Shown in pieces: positions 1 through 19,360 of a DNA stretch of 64,000 bases (positions are counted from its first letter, which is position 1; the number at the start of each line of letters is the position of its first letter). Source of the DNA: the human T2T-CHM13v2.0 reference genome, Homo sapiens. The notes under the pieces are model-generated. The model saw only the letters and a list, made by a program, of their open reading frames with translations, did not search any database and was not told where the DNA came from. Made by a program: the position numbers and the translations under genes. The DNA is taken from NCBI RefSeq assembly GCF_009914755.1, contig NC_060927.1; one strand, written 5' to 3'.

Positions 1-444
1 AAACTAAAAAATCAAAACAGAAACACAAGCATATTAGGGACAACATTTGTGGACTATTTGACTCTCCAAATTATGTGGATGTGTAACTTTGGTAAACACA
101 GAAACTCAAATTCAAAAGTCATTGATGAATTTGATTGCAAAGTAAGACATTGTGTTTGTTGTCAAAGGGTTAACAACGTCCTTGGGAGGCTGTCAGGCCA
201 AGTCATAATTGAAGCATACCTGGGATGCTCTGACCCTTCTGTGGGTCGTTGAGAGGTGGAGCAAGAGGTTAAGGAAGTTCACAGGTGAGGGGAGGGGCAA
301 TGTCTTGAGTGGATGCAGCTGTGAAAGGGAGGGAGCGTGAGGAATTGGTATCACAAACATTGACAGCGTGAAAGCCAGAGAAGGTGGTAGAACGCTGGGG
401 AGATAATCCTGGTCCTGTCTAGCGAGATAGACAAGATTCAAAAG

Positions 445-610
445 TGAGCCTGAACCAGACCCAGTTTGAACACCAGCTGCTGTACTTACAGACCACATTA
501 GTAACTACTCTGAGCCTCACTTTCCACAATCTAAAGAAGAGAAAAATAGTAGCTCCCACCCAGGATTGTTCTTATACTTGATTCAGACACATTTATAAAG
601 CCTCCACTAT
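445..610 (+). mobile_element. MIR SINE fragment
   Basis: Degenerate MIR core: CTCTGAGCCTCACTTTCCACAATCTAAAG...AATAGTAGCTCCCACCCAGGATTGTT. Confidence 0.6.
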
Positions 611-1163
611 GAAATACTTACTGCATCTCAGGCCCTGAATAAAACCAGCCCTCAAACACACCATCAGTGAAACCAACAAGGTCGGTAGTATTTCTTGTTT
701 CTTGAAAGTACATGCGGAGATCATCTATTCAAGTCTACAGGGTGACTGACTCAATGTTAGAAAGAAATGAAAAAAGTGCGTGCAAGGAAAATGGCGTTAA
801 TGGATGGTTTGACTGCGTCTTCAAAACCTACACACAGACCCAGGAAATTTCATTCAAGGATTAGCTGCATAGTAGGATCAACAAGCTGGATATAAGCATT
901 CATTCTTTTCAGACATTGAGTTGTTCTGTTGATTTGAACCTCAGAAACCTACAGGCAACTGGCTTTCTTTAATTTTCTCAGGTCCTCATCCCTGTTTACC
1001 TCTTCTGTCTCTCTCTGCCTCAAGCCCAGAAACAACCCTTCTCCTTTTCCCTTTCTCCCAATGCTGCCTCTTCCCTCTCCCCGCTCCTCTTCAATAAAAC
1101 CCTCACTAAACTCCAGGCCTTGCCTCTTCTGTCATCAGTCTGTGCACAAATAATAGTCCACGC

Positions 1164-1776
<613 letters not shown>

Positions 1777-2339
1777 AAAAAATAGTCCATACGAATATTT
1801 GTCCCAAAGACTTAAGACTTTTTAAAAAAGATTTAATGTTTCCATAACAAACAAAAATTGGATTCAGCCTTAGGAAACATATAATCAGAGGCTGACTTCC
1901 CAGACTTTCAGGGGATAGGAATGGGTGGGAAGGGAGCTTCACAAAATCAATATAAATGATATTTACTTGTAGTATTTTGGAGGAGAAGCGGGGGCAGGGC
2001 AGTAGAGGAAAGGGAAAAAAATGTATCTGAGCAAGAGAGGTATAATTTAGAAGCTGCCACGCAGTAAGTAGGAATTTCCGAGGAGGATAGATCATTTTTT
2101 ACAGGTTTGACAAGAAGCTGATGGAGAGAAATCTTGACCAGACTTGCACCTGTTCTTCAAGGAGGATGAAAAATGCTGCCCTCCTCACCAAGCCCCGTTC
2201 CCAGTGGGCGGAAGAGGGGAAGGGCTCGGTGGCACGGGGGGACCACCCTCTGCAAAGCCTTTATATATGATCTCTAAGCTGGAGGGCAACAGTGAATAGT
2301 ATGTCTTATACCATCACTAACATAATGTATCTGTGAATC

Positions 2340-2560
2340 ATAGATAACATTTATTGGGCATTTGCCATGTGCCAGACACTGTGTTAAATATTTTGCAGGC
2401 AATCTTATTAAATTCTCATAACAATTCCACGAAGGAATCTCTACGATGTTCTGATTTACAGATGAGAAAAATGAGGCTGAAAGAGGGGGCCACTTGCCCA
2501 GGCAAAGCCAGGACTCAGAAAAACGCAGGTTTTCCCTGACTGTGGAGTCCCACTGCTATG
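2340..2560 (-). mobile_element. MIR SINE
   Basis: TTTATTGGGCATTTGCCATGTGCCAGACACTG...TTACAGATGAGAAAATGAGGCT is the reverse complement of the MIR core and 3' end. Confidence 0.8.
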
Positions 2561-2569
2561 GCAGAATAA

Positions 2570-2863
<294 letters not shown>

Positions 2864-4489
2864 TAATTTTTTAATAAGTACTGACTTGTGTGTGTTTTTC
2901 CTGAATTTTCACAAGCTCTCCACAGAGTTAGACAGTCCTGCCTCGGGGGTTTCTGTAGGACAGTAAGCAAAATGCTACCTGAAAATTAAATCTCTTGCTG
3001 TATTTTATAGACACCAAAATGCAGAGATGATGCTGAGTGTCTTAGATGGACCTTTTAAAGTAGCCCAGGACCGAAGAGTGATGAGAAATTTCTCCCAGCC
3101 TAGGAGGGGGGCCCTGGAGTTTTGTTGGTGGAGGTGGCAGGACCCACAAGGCACAGCTCCATGGTGCCTTAGGAAGGCCACATGTAGGAGGGCCAGGGGC
3201 TCTCAGCCTCCCCTGGGACCCGGTGTGGGAAGCAGAGGAGAGGACCTCAGTCGTGGCTGGAATCTAATTTCCTTCACCTGGAAGGATGGGAGCATAACGA
3301 AGGATTTAAGATCATTTTAAACAAAAGAAAGTGGTATTTCTCACACAAATAAATTTATGTACTAAGATTTCTATGCATTACAAAATAGGTAAGTAGGCGG
3401 TCCCCCAACTCCTCCCTTCTATGTGCTCAGCCTACTGATAGGAGTTTGGCTGGGTGAGGTCAGGGAATTGGCATAAAAAGTTGATAACGCCCAGTTTCAC
3501 CTTCACCTGCTACACAGAAGAAAATGGTTCTTCACACTATCAAAAACTTCTCCTCCCCACCCCACCCCTGGCCGAGGAATAACCTGCTGGGCTCCCCGCC
3601 TGACTCCAGGAGGGCCCACCACATCATGTACAAGGAGCCTTGGAATCTGTCACTGTGCAGGGCGGGGAAGCATTGCTCAAATGCACAGCCGGCTGCCAGA
3701 GCCCCAGCCAGAAACTCTCTCCAAAGCTACCTTATTCCCTTCCCCCAAAGCTTGAACATTTGTAAACAGAAGAAAATATCATTTTTTTAAGAACAGGCTT
3801 ATCTGACCCTCCAATCCCCATAAGACACCCCTTTCTACACTCTCATTGCACCTTTCACTTCCCCTTCCCATCACCATTTGAACTGACGTGTTTATCTGCG
3901 TAATTACTTGCTATTCGTCTCCTGTGTTAGAAGCTCCATGAAGAGAGGGACTAAGAAGCCTTGTCCTCTGCTGCATGCCTAGCACGTAGCACAATTTCAG
4001 GAGCACAGTGCTCACGTTATACTTTCTGAGTAACTGAATGAACCATGGGCGAATGAGCATGGAACAATCACAGTTGGCAAAATCTCAGCGATCACACAGC
4101 CCTGTGCCCTGAGAAGCCCAAGCTTAGTGAGGCTAAACAACTTGCCTGAGATTCCAGAGAGAGTTGGTGGTCAAGCCCATGCTAAAAGCCAAGGACTCCA
4201 GACAGATCTTTGAGTGACTTTCTTCTTCTGACTCTGTCATTCTAAGTGTCCAAATTCATCATAGACAGACCAAGACCAAATTCCCACCTGTCCATACAAG
4301 TACCCTTGTCCTTCCTTGATCCTCTCAAGCTCACCTGTTTCAATATTGTCACAAGCCCCTCTTATCTAAATTTTTGGTGCCTTCTGTCCCCTAGTGTCTC
4401 AGTATTTCCAATGCCCAAGAAAAGATGATTGCTTTCTCTCTTATTCTAAAGAGTTTCGTCTTTTAACATGATAGTTGAAGGCTTTAAGA

Positions 4490-5800
<1,311 letters not shown>

Positions 5801-6962
5801 AGGCTGGGCGTAGGGATGAGAAGGAGAGGCCTCCGGTTCTTCTCAAGTCTCATCACCCAGCAGTGGACGAGCGACGCTCATTGTATTAGCACAGGGACCT
5901 CTTTAACTTGGTCTTCCAGGAAGCTGGCCCAGGTCTAACCTCTCAGATGCTAATTTCACAGCAGACATCTAATGAATTCCTTAGCGTGTTTGAATGTCGA
6001 AGGTTTACCATTACTCACAGCAATGAATCATGGAATGATTACAATCTGGACTTTTTTCTTTAATTGGTAAAATGGTATGGTCTTTCTTCCTCCTGCTGTC
6101 TGTAAGTCTGCCTCCAACCATGGGGTCTCCAGGGCCTAATCTAGGAGGTGCAGTGGACACAGCTGTTGTTCCCCATACACAAGACTGTCCTCGCCTTGCC
6201 CCTGCTTGCTTGCTTGTTGGTGAAGCCCATCTCCCACCCCAGAGGATCGAAATGCCAGTACTCTGTTGTCAATCTTCTTTGAAGCTGGAGCATAGAAGTA
6301 GAACCCGATCTTGGCCAAGGGAGCTGGCCTGAGTGGAAACCTGCTAAGAGTCTTCTGCAAATGTTTTCCTCTCTAATAAAAGAGCACATTTCCTCTTCCT
6401 CACTGGGTGTGGTTGGGTCAGCCCGTGTCACTGGAATTGTAGCTGCCCCCTTGTGTGATTAGGAGGATGGCAGAGCAGAGGGCTGGGATGTACCTAGACC
6501 ACTCAGGACACTGGGGAGCCCCATGTCTGTCCTGGAAGCCCTTGTGCAAGGCTTATTTTGAGGTGCTAAGGTAAGCATCGTTATTTTTAAAGCTGATTAG
6601 ACTTGGGTCTTCTTTTCCTTCCATATACTTAGGTTTCCCACCTGGCTCACATTCTCCCCTTCAAGCACAAAAACTCCTTTGTGCTAACCACCCTCACTTA
6701 TCCATTCATCCTGCTATGTGCTGGGCACTCAGTGGAACGTGCGGAACGGAAGAAATAGACTCGTCTTGGTAGCACCCGTCTTCGTGGGTCAAATAGACTG
6801 GTGTGGAGACAAACATCACACAGGTGACGAATAAACATATGATTACCAATTGTGACGCATGCACCTGGCAGGGACGGCGTGGTATGCAATGAAAGAAAGC
6901 GACAGCAGGACTGTGTTCCCGTCTGATCGTCTGAGAAGGTGTCTCTGAAGGGGGGACATTTA

Positions 6963-7275
<313 letters not shown>

Positions 7276-7287
7276 ACTACAACCTGA

Positions 7288-7661
<374 letters not shown>

Positions 7662-8739
7662 AGAGCTGCCTCCTTCTTGAACAGAGGCTTCTGAGCATCC
7701 CGTACCCTTTTCCAGACAACCTAGTGCAGTCACTGTGGATCTTAGGTAGCTGAGGCCGCAGGACACAGAAGGGGTGTTTGCCGCTTTCACTAAGCTGCCA
7801 AGGTTGCTATATCCCGCGTGTCTCTCTGCAGCAGCACTGACCACCCAGACCCATCACCCGTGGGTCATTAACAAAGCTTTAGAGCAGTTCCGCACCAGCC
7901 CTCAAGCAGACAAAACCAAGAAAAAGGGACCCTTTCCCTCTGAGTTTGTCCAAGAATGCCCTTTTATTGATTAATTTATTTACTTGTTTGTTTGTAAGGC
8001 ACCTTCAGATTCTGCTTTTCTGGGGAATGAGAATTAATGCTGGAAAATAGCATTCAGGTTTTCCCTCGCACGTCTTCCACCCTCCTTGGTGGTTCATCTG
8101 TGGTCTGGAGAACTGTGTTTGAGAAAGGAAAATCAACTCTAGTGGCCCAGAGTCAGGCAGACCATGATTACCCTGTTGTCCAGGCTGGTCTCTATCCTTA
8201 AAAGTCCAGGAACGACCTCAAGCAAAGCTCTAATGGTTACATAATTTCTCTTAGGCAGAAACAGAGTGTCTGTTAGAGCTGGCACTCCTAATTCAACAAC
8301 CTCATTTCACACAATGGGAGACTGGAAAATAAAGCAGAGAAGTCTGCACAGTTCAGCAGAGGCAGGGCTGGCACCCAGGCCCTGGGGACTTCCAGTTCAC
8401 TTTTCTCCCTGAACCATGCAGTTCACTCACAAATCCCCAACACATTCTGTTCAGATGACCCAGGTGATTCCCACCCCGCCCGCCACTTCCAGAAGGGTTA
8501 CACTGTCATAGTTTGTGTCATAAACCTATGTCTATGTGCTTCTGATCCAGGCAGAGCTGCTTCCAACAAGGGCTACTCAAAGAGGCCTCGGCTGGGAGTG
8601 ACCACCCTAAACCTGCCCTGCGATTTCCGGGATAACCTTTTGAGTCTTCCCAGCTTGTGGGATCACTGGGACGGGGTGAAGGAAACATGGACAGCAGTGT
8701 GTTCTGTTTTCAGTAACTCTACTTCACCCAGCATCTCCC

Positions 8740-9165
8740 CCCACCACTCTTTTCTCCCTCATCCTCTCCATCCCCTCCTCTAGTTCCTCCTCTCCTGCCA
8801 CCACCACCCCCTCCACTTCCTCCTCCATCTCCTCCATACCTCCACCACCAGCACCCTTCAACCCCTGTCTCCACTGTCTCCTTCTCCACCTCCCTCAGCC
8901 CCTCCAAGCCTCCTCTACTTCCTCCTTCACTGCCGCTGCCACCTCCACCACCTTCTTCATGCCCTCCACACCAACACCACTAACCCCCTCCCCTCCAGCA
9001 CCCCACCCCCCCTACCTCCACCTCCTCTGCACAAACACCCATACCAGCCCCACTGCCCCGGCTCTGCTTCCTCCTCCAGCAACACCCCCAGCTGCTCCTC
9101 TCTCCACTCCTCCTCCGCTGCCCGTACGTCCACACCACTTCCAGCAGCAGCTCCACCACCACCTA
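8740..9165. repeat. C-rich low-complexity (CCT/CCA)n tract
   Basis: Degenerate CCTCCT/CCACCA triplets, very G-poor on the + strand. Confidence 0.85.
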
Positions 9166-9345
9166 ATCTGTAGCATTAAGATAGGTCTTCTAACCAAATA
9201 TGCCTCTAGGACCTTGATGCTTCCAAAACAAAACGGGTGATCAGTATTTTAATCTATAGCCAGAGTCACTGAGATTTAGCATACATTTGAAATGAACCAG
9301 GATCGACTCCTTCTATTTTTGCTCATTTTGAAATTACTTATCTAA

Positions 9346-9410
9346 CCACACACACCCATGCACATGCAAACGCGCACACACACACAGACACACACGGGCT
9401 CCACACACAG
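9346..9410. repeat. Degenerate (CA)n microsatellite
   Basis: CCACACACACCCATGCACATGCAAACGCGCACACACACAGACACAC. Confidence 0.7.
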
Positions 9411-10899
9411 GCTCCTGATCTCTCTCTCTTTCTCACCAGAAGACCATAGGTACTCTGAAATGAAGCAAACAATGGTGGCCTTGTTACAGAAGCCTGATAT
9501 TAATAGACTATTCCTTTTGATTTCAGCCTGGAAACATTGGCACCGAACCAATATTAGAAAGGAGGGACTGTGCAGCGGAAGTTTAAAAGAGAGAGGGAGA
9601 AAAAAAATCCAACCCAGCTTTGATCAGAAGGGTCTGAAGATGAATCGTGGTCATTTCATAGGTCTCTGGGTGGAGGTTAATGTCATTTTGAGACAAGGAA
9701 ACTGGGTTTAAAAAAAATAAGGAAGCTGAGAAGAGATGAACTTTCTGATGGAACAGGGCCACCTCACCAAGAGGATCAAAGCTGCTCGCCATGCAGAGGC
9801 GAATGAAGGATTATTCACTTTCTATTTTTTCACGCCTGCAGCACACATGGGGATCTAATTGGTCGGGATGCGAAATACAGCCAGCCAGCCCCCGCAGCAG
9901 GGCAGAGCCCACGGGGGAAGCTGGTGCTTGCTGCAGCTGCAAACCATTAAAGGCAGGCTCAGCACCCTGTGCCACTTTAACTGCTCCTGTGTGCGTTTCC
10001 TCAACTTACAGCCCCCAGCATCTACCTGCAAGCCTTTCTGATCTCAGAGGCGATGAGCTTGACGGCTGCCAGGCCCCGCCGCCAGGACTCAGGGAATGCA
10101 AGAGAGGAGCCTTGGGGGAGGGCAACGCACAGTCCCTGGAGGGAGGGGCCGCTGGGCTGTGAGAAGGCTGGGACTGTGGCCCCTGGGGTGGCATTGCCTC
10201 AGTTTTAACCCACATCACCGGACAACAAGGAGTAAAACAAAGTGAGGGCCTGAAAACCCACACCACTGTGCACTGCGACCATAGGCACAGTACTCAACCT
10301 CTCCGACCCTTCATTTTCTTGCCTTTGAAATGGGGTGTGTGCCTAGCCCACAACACAGCTGTGAGGATTAAATGACATCAGGGATCGTTGACTAATGAGG
10401 GGAGTGTCTATTGGTTATTGTCATGGATCACACCCCTCCTTCAACCTTCTCTGACAACCTCTTGAACTACTTTAGGTCCAGTTTCTTCCAATTTCCCTTC
10501 CAGTCTTCTCCACCCTTCCTCCCTAGTGAAACCTTCCCTGCTTGCTGAGGTCGGCAGGATCGTAGAGCTCTCACTTGCCCCACTGAACCCCACTAGTCAT
10601 TCATCTCAGGCTCCCATCTTTCTCTCTTAGCTGTCATCCTCGGGCACATCCTCCCAGCGGGCATTGCCACCTCCAGTCTCCCCACACCTCCTCCTCAACC
10701 GCCCGTTATCCACATATATGAAGCTATACAACACAAGCCCACCCATTCATACAGCCCACCCTCTGCTGAGCACTCAGGAGCAGCACCCTGTCGCTTACAG
10801 GGTAAATCCTGAGCCCCTCAGTTCTGCTCCCTGTCCCCAAACCCCTAACTGTCCCCTTAGCGAGGAATGCCATCAATCTTCTTCTGGTCTGCCTCATCC

Positions 10900-11430
10900 T
10901 GCAAGACACAGCTGAGGTGTGACCTCTTCTGGGTAGTCTCCCCTAATGCCAGACAGTAGCCTCGGCTAAGCATCGTATGTGTGTTTCCACACTGTCCTAC
11001 CTCGACCACATGGAACTGAAATCATGGGCTTGCCTAAGTCTCTCCTCCACGTGAAGGTGAGCTTTTGAGAGACAGGAATGTATTCTAACTCATCTTTGTA
11101 GTCTCAGCATGTAGCATGTTTAGCCCAGTGCCTGGAATATAGCGTGCACTCAATAAGTGTATTGTGAACTCATTCATGGCTATCAATTGTTACTTGTCTC
11201 TCTGCCTAAACTGTCCAATTAAGTTGAAAGCATCTGGAGCACCGGGAATGTGTCTGACTCATTTTGTATTCTGCACAATGCCCAGTACATAGCAGAGCCT
11301 CAACACGGAGTTGCTGGTTCTGTGGGGCACCGTTAGCGATAATGCCCCTGCTGTGTTCTGTGCTGTTTTCTCAGCATCTAAGACCAAGCTCTGCACATAG
11401 TAGGGGCTCAATAAATATATTTTGAAAGAA
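10900..11430 (+). mobile_element. L2 3'-end fragments
   Basis: Repeated L2 termini: CAGTGCCTGGAATATAGCGTGCACTCAATAAG and GCACATAGTAGGGGCTCAATAAATATATTTTGAA. Confidence 0.65.
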
Positions 11431-11476
11431 TAAATAGTGTATCTTTGTGGGAAAAACACCTGTTCTGGTCAGAATA

Positions 11477-11839
11477 TGCAATGGGTTGGATGGTTATGAC
11501 CCCCCACCCCAATTCATATGTTGAAATCCTAACTCCCAAAGCAATGGTGTTAGGAGGTGGGGCCTCTGCTGGGCGCTTAGGTCATGAGGGGTGGCACCCT
11601 CATGAATGGGATTCCTGCTCCTATAAAAGAAGCCTGAGAGAGCTCCTTCACCCCTTCTACCACGTGAGGTTACGGCAAAAAGAAACCTGTCTATAAGGAA
11701 GTGGATCCTCACCAGACACTTGATCTGCCAGTGCCTCGATGTTGGACTTCGCAGCCTCCAGAACTGTGATAAACTTCTGTTGTTTATAAGCCACCCAGTC
11801 CATGGTATTTTGTTACAGCAGCCCCAACAGACTAAGACA
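11477..11839 (+). mobile_element. MaLR solo LTR (MLT1A-like)
   Basis: TG...CA termini; AATTCATATGTTGAAATCCTAACTCCC and CAGCCTCCAGAACTGTGA...GACTAAGACA are MLT1 hallmarks. Confidence 0.88.
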
Positions 11840-12253
11840 GAAAGCCTGGGTTCTAGTCAGAGGTAACAAACCCAAAATTAACAAGGCCAAAAGATAACTT
11901 CTGATTTTCTCCAAAACTCCATTTCTCATTCCAAAGCCCCAGCAAAAATTCTCCATCTTGAAAAATGTAGCACCAACATCCACCTAGTTACTCAGACCAA
12001 AATCTAGGAGTAATATCTGATTTGCCATAAATCTCACATCCCACTTTGAATTCACTGGCAAATTCTACAAGTCCTGCTTCCAAAATGTGTCCAACCTCTG
12101 ACCCTCATCACCTTTAGAGCCCCAACCCTACTTCCAGGTACCATGATCTTGACCTTGTAGCTGGTCTCCCTGTCCACATACATGATGTGCTCTTTTCATT
12201 TTAATCACCTTGATCTTTCTGATATACCTCCAAAGCCATTCCACTTTACTTAG

Positions 12254-12738
<485 letters not shown>

Positions 12739-12815
12739 TAGAAAGCTCTTCCCCAAATATTCATATTTCTTTGTTCAAATGTCACTATTTCAGTGAAGCC
12801 TTCACCAATCCTAGG

Positions 12816-13345
12816 TGTGATATTAATTGTATATGTCAATTTCACTGGGCCATGGGGTGCCCAGATATTTGGTCAAACATTTTCTGGGTGTGTCTGGGAG
12901 GGTGTTTTGGATGAGATTAAAATTTGAATTGATAGACTGAGTAAAACAGATTGGTCTTCCTAATGTGAGTGGCTTTCATCCAATCAACTGAAGGCCTGCA
13001 TAGAACAAAAAGGTTGACTTCCCTTAAGAAAGAATTTTCTTCTGCCTGGCTTCCTTGAGCTGAGACATCAGTCTTTTTCTACTTTCAGACTCCAGCAGAA
13101 ACATCTGCTCCTCCAGGGTCTTAAGCCTGCTGGCTTTTGGACTCCAACTTACACCACTGGCTCTCCTAGTTCTCAGGACTTCAGGCTCAGATTGGAACTA
13201 CACTGTCTCCCTCCAGCTTGCTGGCTTTGTGGGACTTCTTGGCCGCCTTAATTGTATGAACCAATGCCTTATAATAAATCTTTCTCTCTCTCTATCTATA
13301 CATGCACTGTTAGCTCTGTTTCTCTGGAGAACCCTAACTAATACA
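12816..13345 (+). mobile_element. ERVL solo LTR (MLT2 family)
   Basis: TGTGAT...GGAGAACCCTAACTAATACA; GGGTGCCCAGATATTTGGTCAAACA hallmark; intact 5-bp TSD CTAGG at 12811-12815 and 13346-13350. Confidence 0.9.
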
Positions 13346-14144
13346 CTAGGCAAAACCGTATCCCTCCACCCACCTCATGCAATTCTTCTTTATCTATTTC
13401 TTGACTGTTTGTGCCTGTCTCTTCTCAACCAGAATGGAGGCCCCTTTTTCATCACTGTATCTCTAGACGCATGCATGGCACACAGGGGGTCCTCAGTAAA
13501 TACTGGTTGACTGACTCTTTTCCCTCTTTAGCCATGTGACTTTGCACAGTTCATTTGACCTCTGAGCCAATTTCTTCACCATTACAACAGGCATGGCATC
13601 TTGTCTACGTAACACCAGGGCTGTTTGAGAGGATCCCCAGGCACACAGCTGTGAAAGTGCTCCTTACAAATGTAAGTTTTCTCCGTACTAAGGGTTGTGT
13701 CTCATTCATCTTTGCACCCCCATCCCCTCTTTCCCTCCCCTCCACCCTTCCCCCCACCCTCTACAGATGCTCAGTAGATGTTTATTTTCAACGAGTTAAA
13801 TCATTCTATGGCTATCTCAATTTTAGTCAGTTACATCAGTTATGATGACACAAGAAATATCTACTCATCGCTGAATACCTTAATGCCTAAGAAACTTTGG
13901 TCAGAAAAGAATGAAAGGTAAAGTTGGGGGATCCATAGCATGAATTTGGTCATATCTAGTCTAACAAGATTAATAGGAAACTTAAAAAAGCTTTACGGTA
14001 TACAATGAAATGGGCTCTCTCATTTGCTAATAAGCATGCAAATTGGTGCAACCACTTTGGAAAGCAATTGGACTATATCAAAATGTTCATACCATTTAAG
14101 TCAGCAAAGTCTCCCTATCCTAGATGTTTCCATGTGACACAGAC

Positions 14145-15615
<1,471 letters not shown>

Positions 15616-15794
15616 TTATTTAAGAAGTGCTCATTGTAGCATTATTTATACTAGTAAAAAATAAAGTAGTCAAAATATCCTTTTATTAAAAAGAATATTA
15701 ACTAATAATGAATTTATTTGTTAATTACACAGCCATTCAACTGTATCTATAAAATTTCATCATACCATGTAGAAGGATTATAAAATAATATTAA

Positions 15795-16110
<316 letters not shown>

Positions 16111-16272
16111 AGTCACGACTCTTTTTTAAAGCATGTCTGTCTGGGTGTTTTTGTTTAAGTCTGGAAGAAAGCATACCAAACTTTTAACCAATGTTGGCTA
16201 TAGGGAGTGAGACATGAATAATTTCTTCTTTTTTCTACTTTTCTATATTTTCTAAACTTTCTTCCAACATGA

Positions 16273-16548
16273 TTATTTTTATTATTGTTATTTTTTTGAG
16301 ACAGAGTCTCGCTCTGTCACCCAGGCTGGAGGGGCAGTGGCATGATCTCAGCTCACTGCAAACTCCGCCTCCCAGGTTCAAGCAATTCTCCTGCCTCAGC
16401 CTCCCAAGAGGTGGGATGACAGGCGTCTATCACCACTCCTGGCTAATTTTTTTTTGTATTTTTGTAGAGACAGGGTTTCGCCATGTTGGCTAGGCTGGTC
16501 TCGAACTCCTGACCTCAGGTGATTCGCCTGCCTCAGCCTCCCAAAGTG
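16273..16548 (-). mobile_element. Alu, 5'-truncated
   Basis: Antisense Alu ending at CCCAAAGTG. Confidence 0.95.
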
Positions 16549-17433
16549 TATTCTTTTTATTTTATTTTGTTATTTAAAATAATCTTTCTGGGTTGTTTAC
16601 CTGCTACGGATAAAGTGTCAGATTTTCAGCGTCTGGTGTTATGAAGATGAGTCCACCTCCCTCAGTGTGGAGGCTGCTGCTCTCTGGCGCAGCCACCTGA
16701 AGGGCAGGGTCCCGAGAGAACTCAGGCCCAAGGCCCTAGAGGGTGTCCCGGCTGCAACACAGATGAGTCCCGAAGAGACTGGCCCCCGCCCCCGCCGAGG
16801 CATCACCTTACAGATAGGGAGAGTCTTCTTTTCCTGTTTTAAATTGCAGTAGTTTTTTAAAATCCCTATTGTCATTTCAAAGGTGGCATGAGGCAGCTGG
16901 GTCCCCAGGCCTGTGTCTTTCCTTTGTCTGCCCCACGGACTGTTTATTTCCCTTCTGTCTCCAGTGGTCACCCTTTGGGCAGGGACACCAGCGATGTTGT
17001 TACAGGTGTTGGCTCTCTCTGGCCTCGTTTGCTCTGGAAAGGATTCTGGTGGGATCAAATGGCCCTGTGGAAACTCAAGCTGAATTGTCTTCATTTTCTA
17101 TCATTTTATTTTAACATCCCAGCAGTCCCAGCCTGTCAGGGTCTCCACCGGCAGTCAGCCATTCATCAATTTAAAGCATAGCCGTAAAGTTCTGGAAAGC
17201 GTCCAACTCCACAGAAGAAATCAGTTCTTTTCTTCTCATTTTTCTTTGAAGGCAGGAAAGAATCTGCTCATCTGGATACAAGGCATGATGACTTTTGAGT
17301 CAGTCAGGAGCCTGCTTTTAGATAGTAATACTCAACATTTCATCCACAGGCCAAAACATTGTCCTGTGGAAGGTGCCAGCGCTACTACAAAACCAGTATT
17401 ACAAGTGAACTTTTTGATTTCACAATAATTGTA

Positions 17434-17585
17434 GGCCAGGTGTGGTGGCTCATACCTGTAATCCCAGTAATCCCTTGGAGGCTGAGGTGGGAGGATCACT
17501 TGAGCCCCGGAGTTTGAGACCAGCCTGGGAAACATAGCAAGACCTCAACTCATTTAAAAGAAAGAAAAAGAAAAAAAGAAAAAAA
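17434..17585 (+). mobile_element. FLAM / free left Alu monomer
   Basis: Single monomer GGCCAGGTGTGG...GCAAGACCTC followed by an A-rich tail. Confidence 0.88.
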
Positions 17586-18939
17586 CCATCATTGTACGTG
17601 CTTATTTATTTATCACATTTCTCATTTAGTAATAACACTTATTACTTGACAGAAGGACTTTTCTTATATTAACTCATATAATTCTCTCAATAACCCATTA
17701 TATTACACCCCATCTTACACATCAGAAAATCGAGGCACTGAGAGAAGGTTGTAAATGTAATCTTGTAAATGGAAGGTTCTAAAAAATTAGCCAGATTTAA
17801 GGATTAAATGAGCATTACAACTATATTAAATAATTTTTCAGGAAGACCTAGCTTCACTCTCTGCAGTGGAGGGATTTTGTTCTAAGTTGGTCTCATCTGC
17901 TCATGGCGATTCACTGGAGTGCTTCATGGGTTAGCAGAAAAGGGAAAAGAACGCAGAATGACATGCTCATCCCTTCTCTTACCAGCCTGTACCCAGCCAT
18001 AGCAGGAAGATGAGACAATAGAGCAGAGAGTACCCCACTAAGGTCCAGTGGAGGTGCCAGGACCACCTGTGGAAAAGCCATTATTTTATAGAATTTCAGA
18101 GCCACCTATAAAACACAGAGAGGAAAAATGCTGAGTCACACTATGCAACCCCCATTGTACCCCATGGGAAAGGCACCCTGGAGCACCACTCCCCAGCAGA
18201 CTGAAATGTGAATGGTGCCCTGTGGAGGTGTGCAATATGGATTTCTGTCCCTTGGTGATCTCAGGGAGGTCCTTTGAGATCCTGCAGAGGTAGCTGGAAA
18301 CAACTGCCTGGTACACAACCCCAGACATTTCTGCCCCCAGCTTTTGCTTATGGCCTGTCTTCATGGTGACCAATGTCTCCTCTGCAAGAGAAGTGGAAGA
18401 CTGGCCACCAGAAGCTTCCATTCTGCTGTGTGGGGTCTCCTAGAGAAATTTAGGAGCAAAATCCTCCCTTAGAACAAAATCATCCGCATCTGCTATTTCC
18501 CATTTCCAGATGTTTCTTACATTGATAAGCATCTCCCAAATGTTTCTCCTTGCATTGCTGTTCTTTTAAAAAAGTAAACATAAAAAGTTAAGGCACTGTT
18601 TCTCATGTTCCTCAGCCTTCTCTAAGCCAACCCTGCACAATGCTTTCTCACCCTACCTTTTCTGCATCCGAATGTCAAGAAGACTTTTAGGGGCTTTACT
18701 TTCCATGGTTTTTGTGACTAAATTAATAAATGTACTTTTTCATACTCTGTTTGCCCCCCAACCTCCTCTTCCTCGCCGTGAGGCAGGAATTGCTGTGCTA
18801 GGCCATTATTGCCATGATGTGGTCTTCAAAAACCTGGAGACTTTCCCCTAGGACATTCAGTGCTTAGTCCTATTATACCTCTGTCTGGAATATGCCACAG
18901 TTCAGAGTTATCTGAGCCACAATGAAAAGTGGCCTCTTA

Positions 18940-19300
<361 letters not shown>

Positions 19301-19360
19301 TTATATCATTTATGCAAGTGTTTCAGATGCATCCCAAAGTGCCAGGAGGGCCCCTATTGC

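Noticed and set aside
8719-9240. Pro-rich and Gly-rich ORFs
   Set aside because: Low-complexity (CCT/CCA)n composition with no supporting splice or codon evidence.
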